Below are positions 28,640-37,063 of a stretch of DNA of 64,000 bases, in pieces; the stretch's first letter is position 1; the number at the start of each line of letters is the position of its first letter. The notes under the pieces were generated by a model. That model was not told the origin of the DNA. It did no database searches and saw only the letters and a program-made list of their open reading frames with translations. Made by a program: the position numbers and the translations under genes. The stretch is from Myxococcota bacterium (GTDB lineage: Bacteria; Myxococcota_A; Polyangia; Polyangiales; Houyiibacteriaceae), in contig JBCCEK010000003.1 of NCBI GenBank assembly GCA_039030295.1, forward strand, positions 180-64,179. Reading direction: 5' to 3'.

Positions 28640-29637
28640 TCAACAAACAAGTCAACCTTGCAGCCCGGCCGGAAGGCCTTCCCAAAGACTCAGACTGGTC
28701 GTTCGAGGAGACGCCGATACCCGAACCCGGAGACGGAGAGGTCCTCGTACGGATCACCCACGTGTCGCTTGATCCAGCCATGCGTGGATGGATGAACCCG
28801 GGCATGACGTACATCGAAGGCGTCGAGCTCGGCTCCGTGATGCGCGCGGGCACGGCGGGCATCGTCGCCAAGTCCAATGCGCCGGAGCTCGCCGTCGGCG
28901 ACGCCGTCGTGGGTGTGCAGGGAGTGCAGCAGTACGCCGTTGCCAAGCCCAAAGAGCTCCAGAAGGTCGATCCGTCGATCGCGCCGCTCGAGCGGTACCT
29001 CGGCGCCCTCGGCATGCCCGGGATGACGGCGTATTTCGGGCTCCTCGACGTAGGCAAGCCGAAGGAAGGGGAGACCGTCGTCGTGTCGGGCGCGGCCGGT
29101 GCCGTAGGAAGCGTGACGGGGCAGATCGCCAAGATCAAAGGCTGCCGCGCGATCGGGATTGCCGGCGGCCCCGAGAAGTGCGCTTACCTCGTCGACGAGC
29201 TCGGGTTCGATGGCGCGATCGACTACAAGAACGAGAACCTTCGCGCGCGGTTGAAGGAGCTTTGCCCTGATCGTGTGGATGTGTACTTCGACAATGTGGG
29301 TGGCGAGGTCCTAGACAGGGTCTTGGCGAGGCTCGCGATGCATGCCCGAGTCGTGATCTGCGGAGCGATTAGCCAATACAACAACAGGCGTTTCGCAGGA
29401 CCGAACAATTACATCGCGCTTCTGAATTCGCGCGCGCGGATGGAGGGGTTTGTCGTATTCGATTACGCGCGCGAATACGCAAAAGCTGCAGTCGAGATCG
29501 CCCAATGGATCACCGACGGAAAACTCAAGGTTCACGAGCAGGTGATCGAAGGGATCGACCAGTTCCCCGCGGCGATGCTCAAGCTGTTTTCGGGTGACAA
29601 GCGAGGGAAGCTCGTTCTAGCTGTCGCCGAAGGCTGA
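28636..29637 (+). CDS. NADP-dependent alkenal/enone reductase (PTGR1/YncB/CurA-type MDR)
   Basis: MINKQVNLAARPEGLPKDSDW..., VVSGAAGAVGS. ATGA overlap with the CCD stop. Confidence 0.85.
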   Translation: MINKQVNLAARPEGLPKDSDWSFEETPIPEPGDGEVLVRITHVSLDPAMRGWMNPGMTYIEGVELGSVMRAGTAGIVAKSNAPELAVGDAVVGVQGVQQYAVAKPKELQKVDPSIAPLERYLGALGMPGMTAYFGLLDVGKPKEGETVVVSGAAGAVGSVTGQIAKIKGCRAIGIAGGPEKCAYLVDELGFDGAIDYKNENLRARLKELCPDRVDVYFDNVGGEVLDRVLARLAMHARVVICGAISQYNNRRFAGPNNYIALLNSRARMEGFVVFDYAREYAKAAVEIAQWITDGKLKVHEQVIEGIDQFPAAMLKLFSGDKRGKLVLAVAEG

Positions 29638-29700
29638 TTTTTCTCACCACTCGTCGAAAACTTCCGGGAAAGCTCCCGCCCAGTCCGGTATACGGAGCGT

Positions 29701-29913
29701 ATGCGAACGCTATTCTTGTGTTGCTTCCTGCTGGGGTTGTCGGGGTGCGTACGAGTCTCCGGGTACGAGCGTGGATATCTGAGCGAGCCCACGATGCAGC
29801 CCATCGTCGACCCACTCGAGCAGCGGGCGGACACGCAGCTTCACAAGGCACGCGAAGTCTCAAGCGGTGGGATCTGGTCGCCTGCCGGGGGCGGATGTGG
29901 CTGCACGAACTAG
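29701..29913 (+). CDS. DUF4266 small lipoprotein
   Basis: 70 aa, lipobox LSGC, ends in GGGCGCTN, the family's characteristic Gly-Cys tail. Confidence 0.7.
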   Translation: MRTLFLCCFLLGLSGCVRVSGYERGYLSEPTMQPIVDPLEQRADTQLHKAREVSSGGIWSPAGGGCGCTN

Positions 29914-31132
29914 AGGGGAGGGTCCGATTGGCAAGGCGTGGGCACTTCTTCCGTTGTGTCTCGCGCTTTTCTGCTCGGACACGACCACGGTGGCGGACGA
30001 TACCGAGGTCCTGGACGCCTCCGCGCGCGAAGGATGGCGGGTCGAGGAGTCCCGGGTGCGTTTCGTCTACTACGACCAGAGGGGGTTTGGGTACCAGTCG
30101 CAAGCGGGGCCGGGCCCCAGAGGCTCTGAGCGACTCTACGTCTACGAGCCGATGCTCTACTTGCGGGTGCGCCAGAACCGACGAGTCCAACATACGGTCA
30201 CGCTCCCGGTCGACGTCATTACTTCGGCCTCGACGGATGCCATCGACGTGATGACTTCCGCGTCTCGAACCAACGAGGCCGGGACCCTTCAATTCGATTC
30301 CGAGATACAAACCTCGGCGGACAATCGCATCAAGGTGACCTACGGCGGCCACGGCGAGGAGTGGTTTGGCTCTGTGTTCGCCGGGATGGGTTACACCCGT
30401 GAGCTCGCCCAAGACAACGCGACGATCATGGTGCGGGTCGACGGCAACTTCGATTGGTTCAAGGCGTATGGGCCTTGGCCGGGCGCGGAGTTTCCGGAGG
30501 CAGACAACTACGATTACCGAGGGTCATTCGGCGGAAGCGCCGAGGTCTCGCAGATCCTCAACCCAACGACTTATGTGAAGGCGGGATACGGGGCCACTTG
30601 GCAGCGCGGCGACCTTGCCACGCCCTGGAACTCGGTGCCGGTCTTCTGTGACGACGAGCTCACGGTGTGTTTGGCTCGGGTCCGCGAGGTGTTCCCTCGG
30701 AACCGGCTCCGGCAGACTTTCTCGGGGTTGCTCGCCCACTACCTACCGAAGTCGGCGACGACGTTCAGACTCAGCTATCGATTCTACTTCGACAACTTCG
30801 AAGCACGTGCACACACGTTGCTTGGGGAGGTCTACCAGAACCTCGGTGACCGAGTCCTGTTCAAAGGCCACTATCGCATGCATCAACAGAGCGCGGTCTA
30901 CTTCTGGACCACCAACCTCGGTGTGTTTGATATCGATCCGAACGCCCCGAAGACGTCGGACTCGGATCTTGCTCGGTTCTGGGCGAACGAGTTCGGGCTG
31001 AAGTTCCTGTTCCGTTTCTCTCCGCCCGGCCGGCCCAAGCAGCACGACCTCGACGTCTATTACAACCGCTACTCGCGAACCAACGACCTCACCGTCAACG
31101 TCGTCAGCATCGGCTACGGGTACACGTACTGA
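29867..31132 (+). CDS. DUF3570-like outer-membrane beta-barrel protein
   Basis: Conserved partner of DUF4266. Alternating beta-strand pattern, ending in ...SIGYGYTY. Start is uncertain (ATG 29867 overlaps the upstream gene; GTG 29897 is an alternative). Confidence 0.6.
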   Translation: MGSGRLPGADVAARTRGEGPIGKAWALLPLCLALFCSDTTTVADDTEVLDASAREGWRVEESRVRFVYYDQRGFGYQSQAGPGPRGSERLYVYEPMLYLRVRQNRRVQHTVTLPVDVITSASTDAIDVMTSASRTNEAGTLQFDSEIQTSADNRIKVTYGGHGEEWFGSVFAGMGYTRELAQDNATIMVRVDGNFDWFKAYGPWPGAEFPEADNYDYRGSFGGSAEVSQILNPTTYVKAGYGATWQRGDLATPWNSVPVFCDDELTVCLARVREVFPRNRLRQTFSGLLAHYLPKSATTFRLSYRFYFDNFEARAHTLLGEVYQNLGDRVLFKGHYRMHQQSAVYFWTTNLGVFDIDPNAPKTSDSDLARFWANEFGLKFLFRFSPPGRPKQHDLDVYYNRYSRTNDLTVNVVSIGYGYTY

Positions 31133-31133
31133 G

Positions 31134-32063
31134 CTACGCGACGGCCAGGGCTTCCGCGAGCGCTGCGTCGAGGGGCTCTGGCTCGAACTCGGGGAGCACT
31201 TTCGAGAGGGCGCTTCCGTCGATGCCATGTGGCACGCACCAGAGGTAGCGCATCTCGACGACTTCTCGCATCTGCTTGTTGAATAGCCCCATCACTTGGA
31301 CGGCCGGCCACGGGAACCGCTGCACCTTCATCGATCGACCGGTCGCCCGTTCGATGGCCTCGACGAGTTCTCGCCCGGTGATCGAGAAGCCGGCAAAGCC
31401 CAGGCTCGTGAAGGCGTCGAGCGACGCGCGCCGCTCTGCAAGCTCGACGATGACCTGGGCGAGGTCAGGAAGATAGGCCCACGAATGGACGCGGTCGAGC
31501 GGTCCAGGGTAGGTGATCTTTCCCGCGCCGACCTTGTTGGTCACGTAGGTGTCGAACCAGTTGCCCGTTTCCTGACGTTCGATGAAGTCCCCGGCGCGAA
31601 CGATGATCGTTTGGACGCCATCGACTGCGGCCTCTCGGTACGCGCACTCCATCTCTTCCCGGAGCGTTCCTTTTCGTGTCGTCGGCGCGTGTGGCGTGTC
31701 TTCGCGAAGGGACTCCGGCATGCCCTCGCCGTAGTTGTACACGTTCCCAGGAAGGATCACCGTCGCCCCAGAGGCTCGCGCCGCCCCCAGGATGCTCTCG
31801 GTGATCTTCGGGACGTCGGTGACCCATCGATCGTACGGGGGGTTCACGGCGTTCACGATGACGTGCACGCCATCGGCCGCTCGGGCGACCTCGACTTCGT
31901 CGAATGCGTCGCCTTCGAACACCGTGACGCCTGCTTGGACGCGATCCGCGGACCCCGTGCGCACGAAAGCGCGGACACGCCAACCACGGTCCGAGAAGCG
32001 GGAGACCGCCCAGCGTCCGATTCTCCCGTTCGCACCCACTACCAGAACCTCTTGTCTGTCCAT
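31134..32063 (-). CDS. NAD(P)H-binding atypical SDR (NmrA/epimerase-like)
   Basis: VLVVGANGRIGRWAV Rossmann motif, 309 aa. Divergent from a LysR regulator. Confidence 0.7.
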   Translation of the reverse strand: MDRQEVLVVGANGRIGRWAVSRFSDRGWRVRAFVRTGSADRVQAGVTVFEGDAFDEVEVARAADGVHVIVNAVNPPYDRWVTDVPKITESILGAARASGATVILPGNVYNYGEGMPESLREDTPHAPTTRKGTLREEMECAYREAAVDGVQTIIVRAGDFIERQETGNWFDTYVTNKVGAGKITYPGPLDRVHSWAYLPDLAQVIVELAERRASLDAFTSLGFAGFSITGRELVEAIERATGRSMKVQRFPWPAVQVMGLFNKQMREVVEMRYLWCVPHGIDGSALSKVLPEFEPEPLDAALAEALAVA

Positions 32064-32120
32064 GACTCCTCCTCGCCCCGGCGTTCTTCGGGACTCGACC
32101 TAGGCCCTAGTCTAGGCATG

Positions 32121-32180
32121 CGAAAAAGTTGGTAAATATGGAAAAAACGACATCTAGATATGCAATAATGAATAGCTAGA
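32121..32180. promoter_or_regulatory. AT-rich divergent promoter with TCTAG-N18-CTAGA inverted repeat
   Basis: A strongly AT-rich stretch in GC-rich DNA. Arms lie at 32153-32157 and 32176-32180, abutting the LysR ATG (32180). This is the usual place for LysR autoregulatory sites. Confidence 0.35.
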
Positions 32181-33058
32181 TGCCTGAGGACTTCGACTGG
32201 GATCCGCTTCGGGTGTTCGTCGCGGCTGCGGATACCGGCTCCCTGTCGGGCGCCGCGCGTGAGGTCGGGGTGAGCCAACCGACAGCTGGGCGGCAAGTCC
32301 AAGCGCTTGAGTCACAGCTCGGCGTGCAACTCTTCGCCCGAACTTCGCGCGGACTTCAACTCACCGACACCGGCATGGCGCTCCTCGAGCACGCGCGCAC
32401 GATGGCCGCGGCTGCCAACCGACTCGCCCTCGCCGCGCAAGGCCAGGCCGAGAGCGTCGCTGGCGTCGTTCGAATCACTGCGAGCGAGGTCGTCGCCACC
32501 TATACGTTGCCCCCGGTCCTCGTTGAGCTCCGAGCGGCCGAGCCCGAGATCGAAATCGAGCTCGTGGCGTCGAACGCGACGGAGAACCTACTCGAACGCG
32601 AGGCTGACATTGCCGTGCGGATGTACAGGCCGACGCAAGCCGACGTCATCACGCGAAGCATCGGAGAGATCGGCGTCGGCGCCTACGCAGCCGAGTCGTA
32701 CATCGCCCGTCATGGTTGCCCCATCGAGCCCGAAGATCTCCTAGAGCATGACGTGGTGGGCTACGACCGGGACGACACGACAATTCGCGGTTTTCGCATG
32801 GCTGGAGTGGAAGTGACACGACGGTTCTTTCCCGTGCGCACCGACGACCAAGTCTTGGCGTGGCATCTGGTCGTGGCGGGCTATGGGATCGGTTTCATGC
32901 AGGTTCAGATCGGTGACGCCGAGCCCAAGGTGCGCCGCGTATTGCCCGACCTGTCGCTGCCCACGCTTCCGATGTGGTTGACGGCGCACTCGGAGCTCAA
33001 GACGAACCGACGTATTCGGCGAGTCTACGATTTCCTTGCCGAGGCCCTCGCGCGCTAG
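32180..33058 (+). CDS. LysR family transcriptional regulator
   Basis: HTH AADTGSLSGAAREVGVSQPTAGRQVQALE. Its TAG stop and the convergent PMK stop share the palindrome CTAG at 33055-33058. Confidence 0.85.
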   Translation: MPEDFDWDPLRVFVAAADTGSLSGAAREVGVSQPTAGRQVQALESQLGVQLFARTSRGLQLTDTGMALLEHARTMAAAANRLALAAQGQAESVAGVVRITASEVVATYTLPPVLVELRAAEPEIEIELVASNATENLLEREADIAVRMYRPTQADVITRSIGEIGVGAYAAESYIARHGCPIEPEDLLEHDVVGYDRDDTTIRGFRMAGVEVTRRFFPVRTDDQVLAWHLVVAGYGIGFMQVQIGDAEPKVRRVLPDLSLPTLPMWLTAHSELKTNRRIRRVYDFLAEALAR

Positions 33059-34050
33059 CGCGAAGACGCTGCTCGACCAGCTGACACGTCGTCACCGTAG
33101 TCGCGGCGCCTGGGTTCATCCGCACGGACGCCTGGCACGCCCCACGGGAGGTCGATTGGAACGAGCCCGTGTCCGGAGCATCGTTCGAGGAACGAAGCAC
33201 GCGCGCCCGGATCCGAGAAGAACGCCACTGCCGCATCACCGCCTCCTGCGCCGCAGGGTTTCGCGGCTCCTCCTTCGAGGGCCGCCCATTCCGCGACGGC
33301 GTCGAGCTCACGAGTCACGATCGGGGCCCCGGTGTGGTTCCCAAGGCCCCGCATCGCCTCGTGGTACTGCGCCGCGCAACGGATCACGGATCTCACATCG
33401 CCTTCTCGGAACGCGCGCGCGAACGCGCTCCCAAGCTCGACAAGCGAGGCCATGAGCCGCGCGTATCGGGACGCGTCCCGGACTTGGAGGGCCTTGACGC
33501 GGGAGACCAGATCGGATGTACGCACCGGACTCGCGGTCCAGACCAGCGCCGGCGCCAACGACGCGGGACCCCTCACGGGGGAGGCATCGACGACCGCGTC
33601 TTCGCCGATGCGAAACTCGAGGAAGCCACCGTAGGTCGAGGCGGCCACGTCGACCCCGCTCCCCTCGGGCGCGACGGCGCGGTGTCCCTCGAGCGCAGCC
33701 GCGAACACGCGGTCGCGAATGCCGGGCTCGTCGAGGTCGAACCCTCGCGCCACCGCCACCGCTGCCGCGGCCCCGACTGCTGCTGCCGCCGACGACCCAA
33801 GGCCGAGCTTTTTCCCGTCTCGAAAAAGGGCGCTTGCATCGAACCGCAACGGAGGTGTGATCTTCCCGAACTCGCGCTCCGATGCGGCCGTGGCTGCGAC
33901 CGCCTCTGGGCCTGGTCGATGGTACGCCGTCGATGGTGGTTCTCTTTCGACACGCAGCCGTCGCCCGACGGCGGCGACGACCGCGGTTCCACCCTCGAGT
34001 ACGCCGTACTCGCCGCAGAGAAGGGCCTTCCCGGGGGCGGAGATCAACAA
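33055..34050 (-). CDS. mvaK2: Phosphomevalonate kinase (GHMP kinase)
   Basis: SAPGKALLCGEYGVLEG, and the GHMP motif KLGLGSSAAA. Start assigned to TTG 34050 or 34047, overlapping the upstream TGA. The long ORF-track N-terminus overlaps the decarboxylase and was rejected. Confidence 0.8.
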   Translation of the reverse strand: MLISAPGKALLCGEYGVLEGGTAVVAAVGRRLRVEREPPSTAYHRPGPEAVAATAASEREFGKITPPLRFDASALFRDGKKLGLGSSAAAAVGAAAAVAVARGFDLDEPGIRDRVFAAALEGHRAVAPEGSGVDVAASTYGGFLEFRIGEDAVVDASPVRGPASLAPALVWTASPVRTSDLVSRVKALQVRDASRYARLMASLVELGSAFARAFREGDVRSVIRCAAQYHEAMRGLGNHTGAPIVTRELDAVAEWAALEGGAAKPCGAGGGDAAVAFFSDPGARASFLERCSGHGLVPIDLPWGVPGVRADEPRRRDYGDDVSAGRAASSR

Positions 34051-35036
34051 ACGGAGACCTCGATGCCTGGCCCAGGAGACGCGACGATCACATCGTGCAC
34101 GCCTGGCGTCTGCCGGAGCGCTGCCCGGACTTCCGAGGCGTCCTTCGCTTCGCAAAGTGTCTTGACGTGAGGCCCGGCGTCCATCGTCGCCCATGCCGAC
34201 ACCCCGTCCGACCGAAGCGAACGGACCGTACGAAGCGCCGCTACGGTGCCGGGCCCCCAGTAGAGGACGCTCGGCCGCGACGTCATCGCGCAGGCATGAA
34301 ACGCCATCGTGCTTTGTTCCATCGCCTCGCCTAGCGTCGTCAGATCTTTCTCCCGAACCGCGGTTCTGATCGTTTCGAAGAGCTCGGGGGCAGACTCGAT
34401 CCACGCGTGGTAGAGCGGCGACGTGTTGCGGGAGGCCGTCATCGCTTCCGTGGATCCAATCGCCTTGGGCCCGCGCTCGGTCAGTGCGACCAATAGGCGA
34501 ACGTCCCAGTGGTCCGCGGGCGCAAGCTGCACGGCGTGAAGCAGGTCGTCTCCGGGAATCCCGGCGCCGAGCTCGACGAAACCTCCGAAGATCGACCGGG
34601 CTGCGGATGCGCTCGACCTCCGGGCCAACGCGCTCAGAGCACCGTGCGGCAGTGTCTTGGCAGCCGCGGCTGTTGAGGCAGCAGCCAGGGCCGCGAAGCC
34701 CGAGGCGCTCGAAGCCAGGCCCGCGGCGGTCGGGAACCTATTGATACTCTCGACCCGTGCGTGGCAACTCAAGCCAGAGATCGCCCGCGTCCGGTCGAGG
34801 AGTCCCGTCACCCGCCGAGTCTCGCTTGCCGACCCCGGTCGGCCATCGAGGATCAACTCGTCTTGGGATAACGTTGGGTCGAAATAGACCTCGGTCTCGG
34901 TGACCAACTCGCCGAGGGTCAACGACAGGCTCGGGACCGCGGGTAGGTTGTAGACGCGGTCACTTTTGCCCCAGTACTTCGCGAGCGCGATGTTCGAGCA
35001 TGCGACCGCGCGCCCCACACTCGCCTCACGCAGCAT
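34044..35036 (-). CDS. mvaD: Diphosphomevalonate decarboxylase
   Basis: ACSNIALAKYWGK, FPTAAGLASSASGFAA. Start ATG 35036 overlaps the mevalonate kinase stop by 11 nt. Confidence 0.9.
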   Translation of the reverse strand: MLREASVGRAVACSNIALAKYWGKSDRVYNLPAVPSLSLTLGELVTETEVYFDPTLSQDELILDGRPGSASETRRVTGLLDRTRAISGLSCHARVESINRFPTAAGLASSASGFAALAAASTAAAAKTLPHGALSALARRSSASAARSIFGGFVELGAGIPGDDLLHAVQLAPADHWDVRLLVALTERGPKAIGSTEAMTASRNTSPLYHAWIESAPELFETIRTAVREKDLTTLGEAMEQSTMAFHACAMTSRPSVLYWGPGTVAALRTVRSLRSDGVSAWATMDAGPHVKTLCEAKDASEVRAALRQTPGVHDVIVASPGPGIEVSVC

Positions 35037-35943
35037 GACCGAGCTCCTCGACGAACGCATCGACGGGTAGGGTGTCTCGAACTCGGATCGCGTGATCGGC
35101 ATCTTGCGCCAACGCGATCACACAGCCTCCGCCTCCGGCGCCAGTGACTTTGGCACCCAAGGCTCCCGCGCGTCGGGCCGCCTCGCACAAGTTCTCCACC
35201 TTCGGCGTGCTCAACCCGAAGGTGCGAAGGACTCGATGGTTGCCGTCGAGCGTTCGCCCGAGTGTGTTCAAGTCACCGTCTCGGATGGCCGCTTCGGCTT
35301 GATCGACCAGGTGCCCGATCTGCTCTAGCGCGCGTCCGCTCTCGACCGGTTCCGTGCGGCAACGCTCCGCGACCGCTTCGACCATCACCTTCGTCTCCGA
35401 GCTCTCGCCGCTGTGGGCCACCACCACGTAGAACGGAGCTCGCGAGCGCACGACTTGAACCGACGACCCACGTTGAAACCGCAGGAGTCCGCCGACCGCC
35501 GCGGCCGTGTTGTCGATGCCGGAGGGCGCCCCGTGGAAAACACGCTCCCAAGACAGGGCCAACTCCGCGAGGTCGGCGCGCTCTCGACGGACTCCGAGAT
35601 ACCGGTCGACCGCGTCGATGACCGCCACGCCAAGCGCGGCAGAGCAACCGAGGCCGGCGCCCGGGGGAAGCTCTACTTCCGCGTGAACCTCGAGGGGAGG
35701 GCGTTGTCCTTGGAACGCGAGGGCGCGATCGAACGCGCGTGCCAACGGCTCACTTGCTGCGGCATTCGGCTCGACTCGAACGCCCCACGGTTCAATCGAG
35801 AGTCGATCGCGAGGCCCCAACGTGGCGCGTGCACGAACGCCGCGTCGAACACCGGCGGCGATCGCGGGTTGACCGTGTACGACCGCGTGCTCACCGACGA
35901 GGATGACCTTGCCACCCCCGAAGCCTAGAGTCCGATCGCTCAT
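35026..35943 (-). CDS. mvk: Mevalonate kinase
   Basis: GGGKVILVGEHAVVHG, PPGAGLGCSAALGVA, KVTGAGGGGC. ATG 35943 lies 1 nt after the upstream stop. Confidence 0.9.
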   Translation of the reverse strand: MSDRTLGFGGGKVILVGEHAVVHGQPAIAAGVRRGVRARATLGPRDRLSIEPWGVRVEPNAAASEPLARAFDRALAFQGQRPPLEVHAEVELPPGAGLGCSAALGVAVIDAVDRYLGVRRERADLAELALSWERVFHGAPSGIDNTAAAVGGLLRFQRGSSVQVVRSRAPFYVVVAHSGESSETKVMVEAVAERCRTEPVESGRALEQIGHLVDQAEAAIRDGDLNTLGRTLDGNHRVLRTFGLSTPKVENLCEAARRAGALGAKVTGAGGGGCVIALAQDADHAIRVRDTLPVDAFVEELGHAA

Positions 35944-35944
35944 G

Positions 35945-37063
35945 CTACGTGCGGCGGACGGTGAGCTTGTCGGCCAGTTCCTCGAGCATTCCGAGCCCTT
36001 GCGGATTGAAGAGATCAGCACCTACTGCACAGCGAGCTTCGTCGCATAGCCCGGCAATCCTCAGCTCGAGTCGCTCAACGACCTCCGTTTCCCGGAGGCA
36101 TTGCTGTGCCAAGGCCAGCTCCTCGCTCGTGGCGTTGCGGTTCCCGAAGACCGACTCGACTGGCTGCCGAGTCGCCAGTTCGGTCGTGCTACGAAGCTCC
36201 GCCATGACACTGCTCAGCTTCCCGTGAGGGATGTCCATCCCGGGCTTGCCTGTGTCCTCCGCATCGCCGAGGGCTCCAAGCAGGTCGTCGCGGATCTGAA
36301 ACGCTTCGCCGATCGGGTTCGCCCAAGCGGTCAGTGCGGCGATCTGCTCCGCGGTCGGATTTCCGAGGAGTGCACCGAGGATGAGTGGACCTCTCACCGA
36401 GTAGCTGGTGGTCTTGAGGGCGTGCATTCGAGACACGTCTGGGTCGCCCGTGAGATCGAGTTGCTGACCGCAGTAGACCTGTTTTTGAAGCTCGATGAAG
36501 GCGCGCTGTGCGTCCGTCCACGATTGCATGGGAAAGGGCGCCTCGACGAAAAGCTCCCACGCATAGGTCGAAGCGAGGTCTCCCGCGAGAACGCCGAGTG
36601 CAGCGCCGAGATGCACGTCGTCGTGACGGTGTTGAAGACTCGCATGCACCGCCGCCCCTCCTCGACGTACTTCGTCTCCGTCCATCCAGTCGTCGTGGAT
36701 GAGCAGATAGCTCTGCAGCAGTTCGAGCGATGCGCTGAGGTCGACCAGTCGGTCCATCCCGTGCCCGGGACGGACGCATCGGTATCCGGCTGCGGCGACG
36801 GCAGGTCGGAGCCGCTTCCCGCCTCGCATGGTCAGCGCCTCGATCTCCTCCACCAACTCGAGCGTGGGCGGCGAGACGTTCTTCGTCTCACGGCGCTTGT
36901 CATCAAAGAACTCCGCAAGGTGCACGTCTACCTCGAGTCGCACGATCTGCAGCCAGTGCGTCGGTCGCGACCCGAGACGCGGGGAGTCCCCGGTCGATGC
37001 CGCGCGATCGAGTTCACGCTGGCGGTACTTGGGTACGACCTCGGTCAGTTGGGATGCTCTCAT
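35945..37063 (-). CDS. Polyprenyl diphosphate synthase, probable farnesyl diphosphate synthase
   Basis: First Asp-rich motif LLIHDDWMDGD, second FQIRDDLLG. Tyr lies five residues before the first motif. ATGA overlap with the cyclase stop. Confidence 0.8.
   Translation of the reverse strand: MRASQLTEVVPKYRQRELDRAASTGDSPRLGSRPTHWLQIVRLEVDVHLAEFFDDKRRETKNVSPPTLELVEEIEALTMRGGKRLRPAVAAAGYRCVRPGHGMDRLVDLSASLELLQSYLLIHDDWMDGDEVRRGGAAVHASLQHRHDDVHLGAALGVLAGDLASTYAWELFVEAPFPMQSWTDAQRAFIELQKQVYCGQQLDLTGDPDVSRMHALKTTSYSVRGPLILGALLGNPTAEQIAALTAWANPIGEAFQIRDDLLGALGDAEDTGKPGMDIPHGKLSSVMAELRSTTELATRQPVESVFGNRNATSEELALAQQCLRETEVVERLELRIAGLCDEARCAVGADLFNPQGLGMLEELADKLTVRRT

Noticed and set aside
34051-34404. 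Upstream ATG starts (e.g. 34194) for phosphomevalonate kinase
   Set aside because: They would overlap the decarboxylase by 150 nt or more with Arg-rich sequence. The conserved SAPGKALL motif begins right after TTG 34050/34047, which overlaps the upstream stop like the other junctions in this operon.
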